From Herpetosiphon sp. NSE202 (GTDB taxonomy: Bacteria; Chloroflexota; Chloroflexia; Chloroflexales; Herpetosiphonaceae), in the NCBI RefSeq assembly GCF_042688385.1, contig NZ_JBHUPY010000007.1:2110-66109 (forward strand): a DNA stretch of 64,000 nucleotides, in the 5' to 3' direction. The notes beneath the pieces were generated by a model. It saw only the letters and a program-made list of their open reading frames with translations, searched no databases and was not told where the DNA came from. Below are positions 1 to 9,771 of the stretch, in pieces. Made by a program: the position numbers and the translations under genes. Numbering within the stretch: position 1 is the stretch's first letter; every line of letters starts with the position of its first letter.

Positions 1-1567
1 GAGCGCGCTCGACCACCCACTTGAGCACCCGCATATTTTCACCAAAGCCTGGCCACAGGAACTTGCCATTTTTATCCTTGCGGAACCAGTTGACACTGAA
101 GATCCGTGGTGGATTGGGAATTGTGCGGCCAAACTGCAACCAGTGGTTGAAGTAATCGGCCATATGGTAGCCCACAAATGGAAGCATTGCCATGGGGTCG
201 CGGCGCACTTCGCCAACTGCCGACATTGCTGCTGCTGTGGTTTCCGAACCCATCGTTGCTGCTTGATACACCCCATACGTCCAGTTGAACGCTTGGTAAA
301 CCAATGGCATCAAGGTGCTACGGCGGCCACCAAAGATAAAGGCTTCAATCGGCACACCTTGGGGATCTTCCCAAGCTGGGTCGATACTTGGGCACTGGCT
401 GGCTGGAGCCGTAAAGCGCGCATTAGCGTGAGCTGCTTTGCGGCCACAATCTGGTGTCCATTCTTGGCCCGTCCAGTCGATAGCCTTGGCAGGTGGAGTT
501 TTGGTCATGCCTTCCCACCAAATATCGCCATCTGGCGTGAGCGCTACGTTGGTAAAGATCGTATTTTTGCTCAAGGCCGCCATCGCATTTGGATTCGTTT
601 CCTCGGATGTGCCAGGTGCTACGCCAAAATAGCCACTTTCTGGATTGATTGCATACAGTTTGCCATCTTTGCCAGGCTTGATCCAAGCAATGTCATCGCC
701 AACCGTGGTCACTTTCCAGCCATCCATTGCGGTTGGCGGAATCAACATTGCAAAGTTGGTTTTGCCACAAGCGCTTGGGAAGGCCGCAGCCACATAGGTT
801 TTTTCACCAACAGGCGATTCGACACCCAGCACCAACATATGTTCGGCCAACCAACCTTCATCGCGAGCCATGTTCGAGGCAATCCGCAGCGCGAAGCATT
901 TCTTGCCAAGCAAAGCATTGCCGCCATAGCCACTACCATACGACCAAATCGAGCGTTCTTCAGGGAAGTGCACGATATATTTTTCTTTTTCGTTACACGG
1001 CCACGAAACATCAGCTTGGCCTGGTTCGAGTGGCGCACCAACCGAGTGCAAACAAGGAATAAAGTGGCCATTATCGCCCAGCACAGCATAGACATCGCTG
1101 CTCATGCGGGTCATAATTTTCATATTGACCACAACATAGGGCGAGTCAGTCAATTCGACCCCAATGTGAGCGATTGGCGATCCAAGTGGTCCCATGCTGA
1201 ATGGCACGACATACATGGTGCGCCCACGCATTGAGCCATCAAACAAACCGGTCAGTTTTTCCTTCATCTCCTTGGGCTGCATCCAATTATTGGTTGGGCC
1301 GGCATCGCCTTTGCTCAAACTACAAATATAGGTGCGATCTTCGACCCGAGCCACGTCGGAAGGATTAGAGCGAGCCAAAAAGCTATTGGGGCGTTTTTCG
1401 GGATTCAATGGAATAAACGTTCCAGACTCAACCAAGCGCCCACACATCAAAGCATATTCTTCGTCAGAACCATCACACCAATACACATCGTCGGGCTTGC
1501 ACAAGGCAACCATTTCTGCGACCCAACGTTTGAGTTCTTCATTGCGTACATAGGCTGGTGCGTTCAT
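1..1567 (-). CDS. pckG: Phosphoenolpyruvate carboxykinase (GTP-dependent); the C-terminus runs off the window start
   Basis: Translating the reverse complement from the ATG at 1567-1565 gives [16 protein letters not shown]...[13 protein letters not shown]...[15 protein letters not shown]...[10 protein letters not shown], which carries hallmark GTP-PEPCK motifs. The reading frame stays open to position 1. The plus-strand ORF 143..1234 is its antisense shadow. Confidence 0.9.
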   Translation of the reverse strand, partial: MNAPAYVRNEELKRWVAEMVALCKPDDVYWCDGSDEEYALMCGRLVESGTFIPLNPEKRPNSFLARSNPSDVARVEDRTYICSLSKGDAGPTNNWMQPKEMKEKLTGLFDGSMRGRTMYVVPFSMGPLGSPIAHIGVELTDSPYVVVNMKIMTRMSSDVYAVLGDNGHFIPCLHSVGAPLEPGQADVSWPCNEKEKYIVHFPEERSIWSYGSGYGGNALLGKKCFALRIASNMARDEGWLAEHMLVLGVESPVGEKTYVAAAFPSACGKTNFAMLIPPTAMDGWKVTTVGDDIAWIKPGKDGKLYAINPESGYFGVAPGTSEETNPNAMAALSKNTIFTNVALTPDGDIWWEGMTKTPPAKAIDWTGQEWTPDCGRKAAHANARFTAPASQCPSIDPAWEDPQGVPIEAFIFGGRRSTLMPLVYQAFNWTYGVYQAATMGSETTAAAMSAVGEVRRDPMAMLPFVGYHMADYFNHWLQFGRTIPNPPRIFSVNWFRKDKNGKFLWPGFGENMRVLKWVVERA

Positions 1568-1689
1568 AATACTGATTCCTCCAATGCTTCGCGATGTCGG
1601 GTTATTTGTAGCCCCTGCACGCCATCGCGAACCTGTCTATAGAATACCAGCCAGCCCTGAAACTTAAGGAAAAACTTCACAACCTAAGA

Positions 1690-2086
1690 CAGAGGGATGA
1701 CAACAAACGATAAAATTATGAAGGATGAGGGATGAAGGATGAACAATCTACGAAGCACGCGAAGATCGCGAAGCACGAATTTTTAGCCACAGATTCCCAC
1801 AGATTTCCCTAATTATGCTTCCCATAGCTCATAGCCTACAGCCGATAGCCTCATCCCTCTGCGCCTCTGCGTTAAAAATCTGATCCACGAAGGACACCAA
1901 GGCCACGAAGGGTTGAAACCGCGAAGGACGCGAAGATCGCGAAGCACGAATTTTTAGCCACAGATTGCCACAGATTAACCAACATTGAGGCTCTAGGCTA
2001 TGGGTTATAGGTTTTTGCCTTCTGCCTTTTGATTTTTGATTTTAGCTCTGTTCTTCATCCCTCATCCCTCATACTTCATCCTTAAA
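1690..2086. repeat. Modular word-mosaic interspersed element. Modules are (ggatgaa)n, cgaag/cgcgaag runs, 'cacgaatttttagccacagattcccacagatt' duplicated internally, atagcc words and 'ctctgcgcctctgcgttaaa'. The ends are inverted ggatgaggg/ccctcatcc repeats.
   Basis: The same oligo modules recur at 2787-3125, 14862-15075, 19895-20070, 23119-23480, 24205-24560, 43376-43570 and 56196-56505, in both orientations. Confidence 0.8.
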
Positions 2087-2683
2087 TTAGGGCGTTGCGG
2101 TTGGCGTTAAGCTCGGAAGCACGGTTCCGAGTGGGTCAAGCCACTGGCGCGTTTCGAGGTTGAACAGGAGATGGGTCGTATTGGTATACACATCCACGAT
2201 TGGATAATTAACTGTATGGATTTTGATTGATCCTATGCGTTGGGGAGTGTCATAGGCTGCAAGCCCATCGTTGTAAACGAGAATTCTACCCTGTTGTGGA
2301 TCAATATTCTGTGTGCCAGCCTGAACAGCGACATTTCTACGTTCGCTAATCCAACAATTGCTAGGTATAAAATTACGCCACAGCTCACAAGAATTAGATA
2401 GTTCATCTGGGTAGATAGTTGGTGTTGGAGGAAACGTGACGATTGGACGCGGTGTTGGTGATAAGGAAAGCTCGGTTGCGATACTAATAGCCACCTGGGT
2501 ATCAAACACAAATTTTTTCGCCAAGGTCGGGCTGGGGACAAGAGCAGTAGCGGTATGGACGACAGCTATCTGGCCACTTTGACTTGCTGGTTGCACTGCT
2601 GGCTGGTTGTTGGTTCGGCCACAGGCGGCGAGGATGAGCAACAATCCAACACTCAGGTTGATCGTTCGCTGAAGGCTACGCAT
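2087..2683 (-). CDS. Hypothetical lipoprotein
   Basis: ORF 2087..2728. The internal start MRSLQRTINLSVGLLLILAAC has a positive n-region, a hydrophobic core and an L-A-A-C lipobox. No recognisable catalytic motif. Confidence 0.5.
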   Translation of the reverse strand: MRSLQRTINLSVGLLLILAACGRTNNQPAVQPASQSGQIAVVHTATALVPSPTLAKKFVFDTQVAISIATELSLSPTPRPIVTFPPTPTIYPDELSNSCELWRNFIPSNCWISERRNVAVQAGTQNIDPQQGRILVYNDGLAAYDTPQRIGSIKIHTVNYPIVDVYTNTTHLLFNLETRQWLDPLGTVLPSLTPTATP

Positions 2684-2786
2684 CAAAAGCTCCACACACT
2701 CTCTGAAAAAGGCTTTGCTCGCCATCATTGCATAGGTGAATGCATTGTCTCAATGATAAGCAACTGAAAGTTGTCTGAGGTTATCG

Positions 2787-3125
2787 ATGTTGATCCACGA
2801 AGAGCACAAAGCTTGGGCTATTGGCTATTGGCTATTGGCTATCGAAACAATTGTTGCCATTTCAAAAAATCTCCGATAGCCCAGAGCCATCAGCCATACT
2901 TGCTCTGCGCCTCTGCGTTAATTCATTGATCCATAGGATACGAAGGGTTGAAACCGCGAAGAGCGCGAAGGACGCGAAGCACGATTGTTTAGCCACGAAT
3001 TCCACGAATTACACGAAGCTTTTTTCGCCACAGATTCCACAGATTATTATTCCCATAGCCAAGAGCCACATCCCCACGCGCTTTATGCTCTATGCTCTAT
3101 GTTCTATGTTCTTCATCCTTCTATT
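2787..3125. repeat. Word-mosaic interspersed element (gatccacgaag.., cgcgaag, ccacagatt, ctctgcgcctctgcgttaa, (gctctatg/gttctatg)n, ttcatcc)
   Basis: Shares modules with 1690-2086 and the other copies. The ATG-initiated ORF 2821.. is open through this element only by chance. Confidence 0.8.
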
Positions 3126-3168
3126 TCGGTGCTATCATAGCAAACGGCTTTGTTTCAGAGGATTTGCC

Positions 3169-3897
3169 GTGAGTTCAACGATTTTTTCCAATGTGATAAC
3201 GGTTTTGCACGAGCCTCAGCGCGAGGTCAATATTGGCTCGACAGTGCGGGCCTTGCTCAACACTGGCTTTCAACGCTTGCGCTTAGTTCAGCCAGTTTCC
3301 TACTCAATCGAACGGCTCGATGACATGGCGCATCGCAGCAGCCCGTTGGTCGAGCAAATCGAAACTTTTGCCAGCCTTGGCGAGGCCTTAGCCACTATTC
3401 CGTATGTGGTGGGCTTTAGTGGCCGCGCTCGTGGCGAACGACGCGCCGTCAGTTTGCCCGAATTCGCCCCAACTTTAGCCGCATTGGCGGCGAGCGCACC
3501 GCTAGCCTTGGTGTTTGGCCGTGAAGATCGCGGGCTAGATAACGCAGCGCTTGAGCAATGCAGCCAATTAATCAGCATTCCGGTCGATCCTAGCTATCCA
3601 TCGTTGAACTTGGCCGATGCTGTGCTGTTGGCGTTGTACACGTTGCGCGGCTTGGCAACCTCAGCCGAAGCCTTGCCCAAGGTTGAATTAGCCGACCAAG
3701 CAGCCCACGATCGCTTGCTCAATTTGCTTGATCAATTGTTGAGCCAGCTGAAATTCTCGCGGACTGCTGGCCAACAAGCGAGTGCCGTGCGCACGGTGCG
3801 CGATTTGCTAGCTCGCGCAACCCCAAGCCCCAGCGAAATAGCCCTCGTTACCGCGATGTGCCGCAAAATGCTAGCAGCCTTGCAAAATAATGAATGA
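3169..3897 (+). CDS. SpoU/TrmH-family RNA 2'-O-methyltransferase (TrmJ-like)
   Basis: NVITVLHEPQREVNIGSTVRALLNTGF matches the N-terminus of TrmJ/TrmH. LVFGREDRGL and SLNLADAVLLALY are SPOUT SAM-binding knot motifs. Start chosen at GTG 3169 after the repeat; the start is uncertain. Confidence 0.7.
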   Translation: MSSTIFSNVITVLHEPQREVNIGSTVRALLNTGFQRLRLVQPVSYSIERLDDMAHRSSPLVEQIETFASLGEALATIPYVVGFSGRARGERRAVSLPEFAPTLAALAASAPLALVFGREDRGLDNAALEQCSQLISIPVDPSYPSLNLADAVLLALYTLRGLATSAEALPKVELADQAAHDRLLNLLDQLLSQLKFSRTAGQQASAVRTVRDLLARATPSPSEIALVTAMCRKMLAALQNNE

Positions 3898-3905
3898 TTG
3901 CTAGG

Positions 3906-3952
3906 TTCCCTCACCCCAACCCCTCTCCCACTGAACGCGGGCGAGGGGCTTT
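3906..3952. repeat. Half copy of the GC-rich 'ccctcaccccaacccctctccc...cgggcgaggggc' palindromic element (PE family)
   Basis: One arm only. Full copies are at 6919, 8371, 15153, 26190, 27196, 31165, 40406, 43592 and 46012. Confidence 0.7.
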
Positions 3953-4043
3953 TCATTCTGTTGTAATCTGGTGTTTTCTTGCAAAAAGCCGACAATTGCT
4001 CTACACTCATTCGGCACGACGACTGCAATGAGGCACGCTGGTT

Positions 4044-5951
4044 ATGATCGATACAGACGCTCCAAATGCGGCAATTCTCGCGATTTTGCAAAATGATAAT
4101 GCTGTGGCTCAAGCCCAGGAGCTGCGAGCGTTTGGCGCAACGTGGCAAAGCCAAAACGCTGATCCTCAAATGTTGACCAAACTTGGCATCGATGCCGCTA
4201 CCCAAGCTCGGCTTGATCCCAGTGCGGTGGTAACTGATTTGCTGCTTGGCTATGCTGCCGCCCGCGAGGAACAGCGCACCCGCCATTGGCAAAACCACTT
4301 GATGCGCCGCGTGCAACAGCTCGATGGCTTGCATCGAATTATTAGCGCCGCCAACTCAACCCTTGATATTGATGCCTCGCTGCAAACTGTGGTCGATACG
4401 GTTAGCGATGTGATGCGGGTCGATGTTTGTTCGATTTATCTTTTCGATCAGCATCGGCGCATGCTGCGTTTGGTCGCAACTCGTGGGCTGAATCCCAAGG
4501 CGATTGGCACGGTTGAGGTTGAAATTGGGGTCGGCGTAACTGGTTGGGCTGGCGAATTAGGCAAGCCGGTGGCGATTTTCGATGTGCGCAACGAGCCGCG
4601 CTACCAGCTTGAACCGCTGCTCGAAGAATGGCATTTCCGCTCGCTGCTAGCAGTTCCCGTGATTTTATTTGCCAGCGAGCGCCACCATATCGAAACCCTG
4701 CAAGGCGTGATCACAGTGCAGAATCGCGATCCGCATGAGTTTTCGCAAGAGCAAACCTCATATCTCGAAGTGGTGGCGGGTGAAATTGCACTCTCAATTG
4801 CCAATGCGCAAATGTATCAACAAACTGATGCCCGTTTGCACCAAAAAATTCGTGAATTAACCACCTTGCAGCGCGTAACGGCGGCCTTGGCTTCAACCTT
4901 GGATGTTGATAATCTGCTGCATTTGATTGTTGAGCAAGCTGTTAAAATCGCTGATGTTGATCGCACCGATATTTTCCAAGTGCGACCAAATAATAAAGTT
5001 AAAATGTTGGCTTCGTATGGCCCTGGCCGCACTTCCGGCGTAGAAGATATGATTGTGCAAGTAATTCGTGAGCATCGGGCGATTGCCGTGCCCAATGCCT
5101 ACACCGACGAGCGTTGGTCGGGCGTGCAGGCAATTGCCTATCGCGAGGGCTTTCACTCGTTGTTTGCGCTGCCGATGCGCACTGGCAATCGAATTATTGG
5201 GGCCTTGTGTTTTTATAGTTATGCGCCGCGTCACATCGAATACGAACAAGTTCAATTGCTCACCACGTTTGCCGATGAAGGCGCAATTGCAATCGAAAAT
5301 GCCCGCTTGTATGAAGAAACTCAGCGCAATCTGACGATCAAATCGACCTTGCTGCAAGAGATTCATCATCGCGTGCGCAACAATTTGCAAACGATCTCGG
5401 CCTTGTTGCAAATGCAAGCCCGCCGTTTGAACACCGAAACTGAGGGTCGGCAGGCGCTTGATGATAGTGTGCGCCGCATCCATGCGATTGCTGCTGTGCA
5501 TAATTTGCTCAGCCACGATGGCGAAGGCCAAACCACCGTCCAAGATATTGCCAAGCAAATTGCCGAAAATATTCAGATGAGCTTGCCAACCGAAACTCCA
5601 GTCGAATTTTTGATCACTGGCGATTCGGTGTTGGTCAATGCGCGGGCAGCAACGGTGTTGGCGATTGTCATCAATGAATTAGTGCATAATGCGCTTGATC
5701 ACGGCCTGAGCGCCGAAGGCGGCATCATCGGCATCGATGGCTGGCTCGAAGCTGAACACGCGTGGGTGCAAGTCCGTGACGATGGCCCGACCAGACCAGA
5801 GCCAGTTAAACGCCGCGTCAGCACTGGGCTGGGGCTTGGCATTATCGAAACCTTGGTCAACACCGACCTTGGTGGCAGCTTTGAATTCAAACGCGAAGCC
5901 GAATGGACTCGCGCACTGATTAAATTTAGCCCTGATGAATTAGATGATTGA
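4044..5951 (+). CDS. Sensor histidine kinase with two GAF domains and a HisKA_2/HWE-type H-box
   Basis: There are two GAF-like blocks (VCSIYLFD.., DIFQVRPNN..) and the H-box EIHHRVRNNLQTISALLQMQ. A C-terminal HATPase region (VHNALDHG.., GLGLGI) is present. Confidence 0.85.
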   Translation: MIDTDAPNAAILAILQNDNAVAQAQELRAFGATWQSQNADPQMLTKLGIDAATQARLDPSAVVTDLLLGYAAAREEQRTRHWQNHLMRRVQQLDGLHRIISAANSTLDIDASLQTVVDTVSDVMRVDVCSIYLFDQHRRMLRLVATRGLNPKAIGTVEVEIGVGVTGWAGELGKPVAIFDVRNEPRYQLEPLLEEWHFRSLLAVPVILFASERHHIETLQGVITVQNRDPHEFSQEQTSYLEVVAGEIALSIANAQMYQQTDARLHQKIRELTTLQRVTAALASTLDVDNLLHLIVEQAVKIADVDRTDIFQVRPNNKVKMLASYGPGRTSGVEDMIVQVIREHRAIAVPNAYTDERWSGVQAIAYREGFHSLFALPMRTGNRIIGALCFYSYAPRHIEYEQVQLLTTFADEGAIAIENARLYEETQRNLTIKSTLLQEIHHRVRNNLQTISALLQMQARRLNTETEGRQALDDSVRRIHAIAAVHNLLSHDGEGQTTVQDIAKQIAENIQMSLPTETPVEFLITGDSVLVNARAATVLAIVINELVHNALDHGLSAEGGIIGIDGWLEAEHAWVQVRDDGPTRPEPVKRRVSTGLGLGIIETLVNTDLGGSFEFKREAEWTRALIKFSPDELDD

Positions 5952-5957
5952 GCCAGC

Positions 5958-6908
5958 ATGACCCAACTATCGCTCATTTGCACCGTCAAAAACGAAGCCG
6001 ATACTATTGCCGCTTTGCTTGATTCGATGTTGGCCCAAAGCCGCCAGCCCGATGAAATTGTGGTCAACGATTGTGGCTCGACCGATGCCACTGCGGCAAT
6101 TGTGCAAAGCTATATCGATCGCGGCGCAGCAATTCGGCTCGTCCATGGCGGGTTTAATATCTCTTCTGGCCGTAATAATGCGATTATGCATGCCCAAGGC
6201 CACTTGATTGCCTCCACCGATGCGGGCTTAGCGCTCGATCGCGAATGGCTCGAACGGATTGTCGCGCCGCTCGAAGCAGATCAAGCAGATTTAGTGGCGG
6301 GCTTTTATCAAGCAGCGCCGCGCAGCGACCTCGAAACCGCAATTGGCGCAACCAACTATCCACTAGCCGCAGAAGTTGATCCCAGTCGATTTTTGGCGGC
6401 TGGTCAATCGGTGGCGTTTCGCAAAGTTGTGTGGGAAACAGTTGGCGGCTATCCTGAATGGCTCGACCACTGCGAAGATTTAGTGTTTGATCAAGCGGCT
6501 ACTGCGGCGGGGTTTCGCAGCACAACGGTGCTTGATGCAGTTGTACATTTTCAGCCGCGCTCAAGTTTTCGCGCCCTCTTTCGCCAATATTTCTTCTATG
6601 CCCGCGGCGATGGCGTTGCTAACCTCTGGCCATTGCGCCAGGCAATTCGTTATGCAACCTATTTTGGTTTGTTGCTGTTGCTCCGTAACCTATTACAACG
6701 CCCATGGCTTGGCGTTTTATTGGGCCTCGGCCTTGCTGGCTACACCCGCAAACCCTATCGCCGCTTGTGGCGAGCAACCAAAGGCTGGGCATTCGCCCGT
6801 CGGCTCAAAACCCTCAGTTTACCGCCAATGATTCGCGTGGTTGGCGATGTCGCCAAAATGGTTGGCTATCCTGTTGGGTGGCTGGTGCGGCTGCGTAAAT
6901 TCAAATAA
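5958..6908 (+). CDS. Family 2 glycosyltransferase
   Basis: LSLICTVKNEADTI..DEIVVNDCGSTD...TDAG is a GT-A DxD-type fold. It starts 7 nt after the stop of the kinase gene. Confidence 0.8.
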   Translation: MTQLSLICTVKNEADTIAALLDSMLAQSRQPDEIVVNDCGSTDATAAIVQSYIDRGAAIRLVHGGFNISSGRNNAIMHAQGHLIASTDAGLALDREWLERIVAPLEADQADLVAGFYQAAPRSDLETAIGATNYPLAAEVDPSRFLAAGQSVAFRKVVWETVGGYPEWLDHCEDLVFDQAATAAGFRSTTVLDAVVHFQPRSSFRALFRQYFFYARGDGVANLWPLRQAIRYATYFGLLLLLRNLLQRPWLGVLLGLGLAGYTRKPYRRLWRATKGWAFARRLKTLSLPPMIRVVGDVAKMVGYPVGWLVRLRKFK

Positions 6909-6918
6909 TCGGGGTTGT

Positions 6919-7046
6919 AATCTTCCCTCACCCCAACCCGCTCCTGTGACGTGGACAAGGGGCTTTAATCTGGTGGTTCTCTCCCAATTCCATGGTAAAA
7001 ACGGATGCTCCCTCTCGCCCGCGTTTTCGTGGGAGAGGGAACGTTT
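6919..7046. repeat. PE-family inverted-repeat element
   Basis: Left arm ccctcaccccaaccc...ggggcttta and right arm ccctctcgcccgcgtt..gggagaggg. Confidence 0.8.
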
Positions 7047-7143
7047 CCAATCACTAAAACCCAACAAATGGCTGATTGACAAGCCCTAAGTACCTTTGAT
7101 AGCATCGGATTCTCTGGATTCTAGAAGATATAGGAGTGATGTG

Positions 7144-8364
7144 ATGCGTTATCGTCGAGGGTTGGCTTGGTTATTGTTGGGTTTGGTGGGCTGTAGTAGC
7201 GCCACTAGCCCGACCAGCCAACCACAACCAAGCGCCAATGTGATTGTCGCCGAGCCAAGCGCAATTCCTGCCGCAACCAGTGCCCCAACGGTTGCCGCCA
7301 CCCTGCAACCAAGCCCAACCGTGAGCAGCCAATTATTGCCTCAGCCGTTGTATGCGCTCTCGTCGCAACCAAATGGCGTGCAGATTGTGCGCCTCGAAAC
7401 CGATGGCAAAACACTTACGCCAATTACCAGCGAGCAAAATGGGGTCTTCGATTATCAGATCAGCAACCTCGGCCAAATTGCCTACATCGCCAACAACGAT
7501 TTAATTTTGGTCGATGCGCTGGGCCAAAATCGCGAGATATTGGTCGATGGACCAACCATCGACCCCCAAGCAGATACCAATGTCTTTCATCGTGATCAGC
7601 TCAATACGCCGCGCTGGTCGCCCGATGGCAGTTCGATTGCCTTTAGTTGGGGCGGTTTGCAAGTGCTCAATCTGATTGATCGTAAGCAAACTATGCTTCA
7701 ACCGCACACCAGCAACACAGATGCAGCCTTGGCCGATATTTATGATTATTCGGTGTTGTATGGGCCAAATAGTTGGTCGCCTGATGGCAGCAAAATTTTG
7801 GCTGCGGCAGGGTTTGTGCCCGAGGGTGGCAATTTAGTTTTGTTTGATTTGGCTACATCTGCGCCCCTAACGATTACCATCAATGGCAATTATCCATGTT
7901 GTCATGTGAGCTGGGAGCCAGATGGCAGCGCAATCAACGTCACGAACGAGGTTTTTGGCATGTTCCCAACTGGTTGGTGGCATATCAACCCCAGCACAGG
8001 CGAGGCCAAAGCCATGATCGATGGCGATAATGTTGCACCATTCCAGCCAGTTTCGAGCGTCTTTATGCAACCCGATGACAGTCATTTGGCCTTTGTTGGC
8101 ACGGTCGATAGCAATGATCCGATGGAAATTTCGGCTCCACTAACCCTCAGCCGAATTGGCTTGGATGGGAGCATCACGCCATTGCGCCAAGATAGCCAAA
8201 CCGTTGGCAGCGTCTTATGGTCGCCTGATGGCAGCGGCGCAGTCATCATCCCATCAATCATGGCTGAAACGCAATTGCAATGGGTTCCCAGCAATGGCAG
8301 CGCGATCGCCGATTTGGCACTAAGCGGGGCTAATATGCAATGGGCGATTGCGCTCGATCAATAG
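7144..8364 (+). CDS. TolB-like PD40 beta-propeller lipoprotein
   Basis: Signal peptide plus lipobox LVGCSS. WSPDGS motifs recur (RWSPDGSSIAF, SWSPDGSKIL, LWSPDGSG). GGAG lies 7 nt upstream of the ATG at 7144. Confidence 0.75.
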   Translation: MRYRRGLAWLLLGLVGCSSATSPTSQPQPSANVIVAEPSAIPAATSAPTVAATLQPSPTVSSQLLPQPLYALSSQPNGVQIVRLETDGKTLTPITSEQNGVFDYQISNLGQIAYIANNDLILVDALGQNREILVDGPTIDPQADTNVFHRDQLNTPRWSPDGSSIAFSWGGLQVLNLIDRKQTMLQPHTSNTDAALADIYDYSVLYGPNSWSPDGSKILAAAGFVPEGGNLVLFDLATSAPLTITINGNYPCCHVSWEPDGSAINVTNEVFGMFPTGWWHINPSTGEAKAMIDGDNVAPFQPVSSVFMQPDDSHLAFVGTVDSNDPMEISAPLTLSRIGLDGSITPLRQDSQTVGSVLWSPDGSGAVIIPSIMAETQLQWVPSNGSAIADLALSGANMQWAIALDQ

Positions 8365-8370
8365 TTAAAT

Positions 8371-8578
8371 TCCCTCACCCCAACCCCTCGCCCGCGTTCA
8401 GTGGGAGCGGGGGCTGCTTACAAGGGTAGGTAATAAGATCCCCTCACCCCAACCCCTCTCCCGTGGCGCGGGCGAGGGGCTTTAACGCGCTGGTTCTCCC
8501 GCAATTCCTTGGCGAAACATGGTTGGCTCCCCCTCGCCCGCGTTCAGTGGGAGAGGGGGCTGGGGGGTGAGGGAACAA
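8371..8578. repeat. Two adjacent PE-family elements
   Basis: ccctcaccccaacccctcgcccgcgttcagtgggagcggggg followed by a full ccctcaccccaacccctctcccgtggcgcgggcgaggggctttaa ... gcgttcagtgggagaggggg ctggggggtgaggg copy. Confidence 0.8.
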
Positions 8579-8580
8579 CC

Positions 8581-8799
8581 CTAATCATCCTCACGTCGCT
8601 CGTTTGGATTTGGCTCATCGAGTGGGAGGGGCGCAACCTGCAAGCCATCGCGATCGACATATAGCGGTGGCGTTGGCATCACCCCATTTTCAAAGGCTGG
8701 GTTTGGTGCAACCGGCGGCACAACTGTAGCGTCGGATGCTTGATCGCCAACATAGGTACGCTCAAATTCATCAGCATCTTTAAATAATTGGTCGCTCAT
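8581..8799 (-). CDS. Small hypothetical protein (72 aa, acidic)
   Basis: The ATG at 8799 is preceded by AGGAG. The product is MSDQLFKDADEFERTYVGDQ... It is divergent from the DUF4230 gene. Confidence 0.45.
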   Translation of the reverse strand: MSDQLFKDADEFERTYVGDQASDATVVPPVAPNPAFENGVMPTPPLYVDRDGLQVAPLPLDEPNPNERREDD

Positions 8800-8923
8800 A
8801 CAAACTCCTAACACAAATATCATCGCCCTACGCCCTAGGCTATAGCAGAAAATGCACCACGCCAGCATTTTTCGGCTATACTACCAAGTACCTATGATTG
8901 AGCTTCGCCAAAGGAGGCTCCAA

Positions 8924-9742
8924 ATGTACCGGCAACGGAATTCTGGCTGTATAAGTAGTTTGTTTTTTCTGCTCATCGGAGCACTTGGAATTATGGTTGT
9001 GCTTTCGATAACTGGCCTTTTTGACCCAATTGGCGTGTGGTTTAACAAGCCACAAACCGTCAACAATGCCCAAGGCCCAGCGATTGTGCAGCAATTACGT
9101 GCTCGTAACGAGTGGATCACCTTTTCATATCAGGCCGATCAAGTGATTGAGGCCCGTAACGAAGGCAACTTCTTCCAAGAGTTGCTGTATGGCGACCGGA
9201 TTTTGCTGCAAGCACGCGGCGAGGTCGGGCTTGGCATTGATATGAGCGAATTGCGCGATGATCAAATTGAGATCGACGGCAAATCGATTAAAATTACCTT
9301 GCCACCAACTCGGATCATCTACTCGCGCTTAGATAATGAAGCAACGCGAGTCTATGACCGCGAACGTGGTTGGCTCAGTCGGGGTGATGTCAATTTAGAA
9401 AGTAATGCTCGCAGTTTCGCTGAACAATCAATTATTCAGAGTGCTTGTGAAAACGGCGTGCTTGATCGCGCTGCAATCGAGGCCCAAAAAAATGTCAGCG
9501 ATTTATTGTATTCGCTCGACTATACCAATGTGACAGTGAATGTGAGCAAAGTTGGCGATTGTGCTGGCAGCGCCAATCAACCGGCTCCCCAACAGCCCAA
9601 TGCGCTTGAGCCAACCGCGCCAGCCAGTGTCCCGACCAATAGCACCGCCCAACCAAGCGTTGCGCCCCAACCAAACCTTGCGCCAACGCCAACCAGCAGC
9701 GGCGGTAGTCTTTCCGGAACTGCGGTTCCAATTAACCCTTAA
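8924..9742 (+). CDS. DUF4230-like membrane-anchored protein with a Pro/Ala/Gln-rich C-terminal tail
   Basis: AAGGAGG at 8911-8917 sits 6 nt before the ATG at 8924. There is an N-terminal TM helix. Motifs ARNEGNFF..GEVGLGIDMSEL..IKITLPP resemble DUF4230. Confidence 0.55.
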   Translation: MYRQRNSGCISSLFFLLIGALGIMVVLSITGLFDPIGVWFNKPQTVNNAQGPAIVQQLRARNEWITFSYQADQVIEARNEGNFFQELLYGDRILLQARGEVGLGIDMSELRDDQIEIDGKSIKITLPPTRIIYSRLDNEATRVYDRERGWLSRGDVNLESNARSFAEQSIIQSACENGVLDRAAIEAQKNVSDLLYSLDYTNVTVNVSKVGDCAGSANQPAPQQPNALEPTAPASVPTNSTAQPSVAPQPNLAPTPTSSGGSLSGTAVPINP

Positions 9743-9771
9743 AGTGATTAACACTAGAATTTGATGGAGCT

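Noticed and set aside
143-1234. Plus-strand ORF of 363 aa
   Set aside because: Its translation is Cys/His/Trp-rich nonsense. It is the antisense frame of a clearly recognisable GTP-PEPCK gene on the minus strand, which the ORF track missed because it runs off the window edge.
2821-3168. Long N-terminal extension of the SpoU methyltransferase ORF, and likewise 23487..24284 and 44824..45969 extended starts
   Set aside because: The extensions run through interspersed repeats and lack an RBS. Internal starts with good SD spacing, homologous to family N-termini, were chosen instead.
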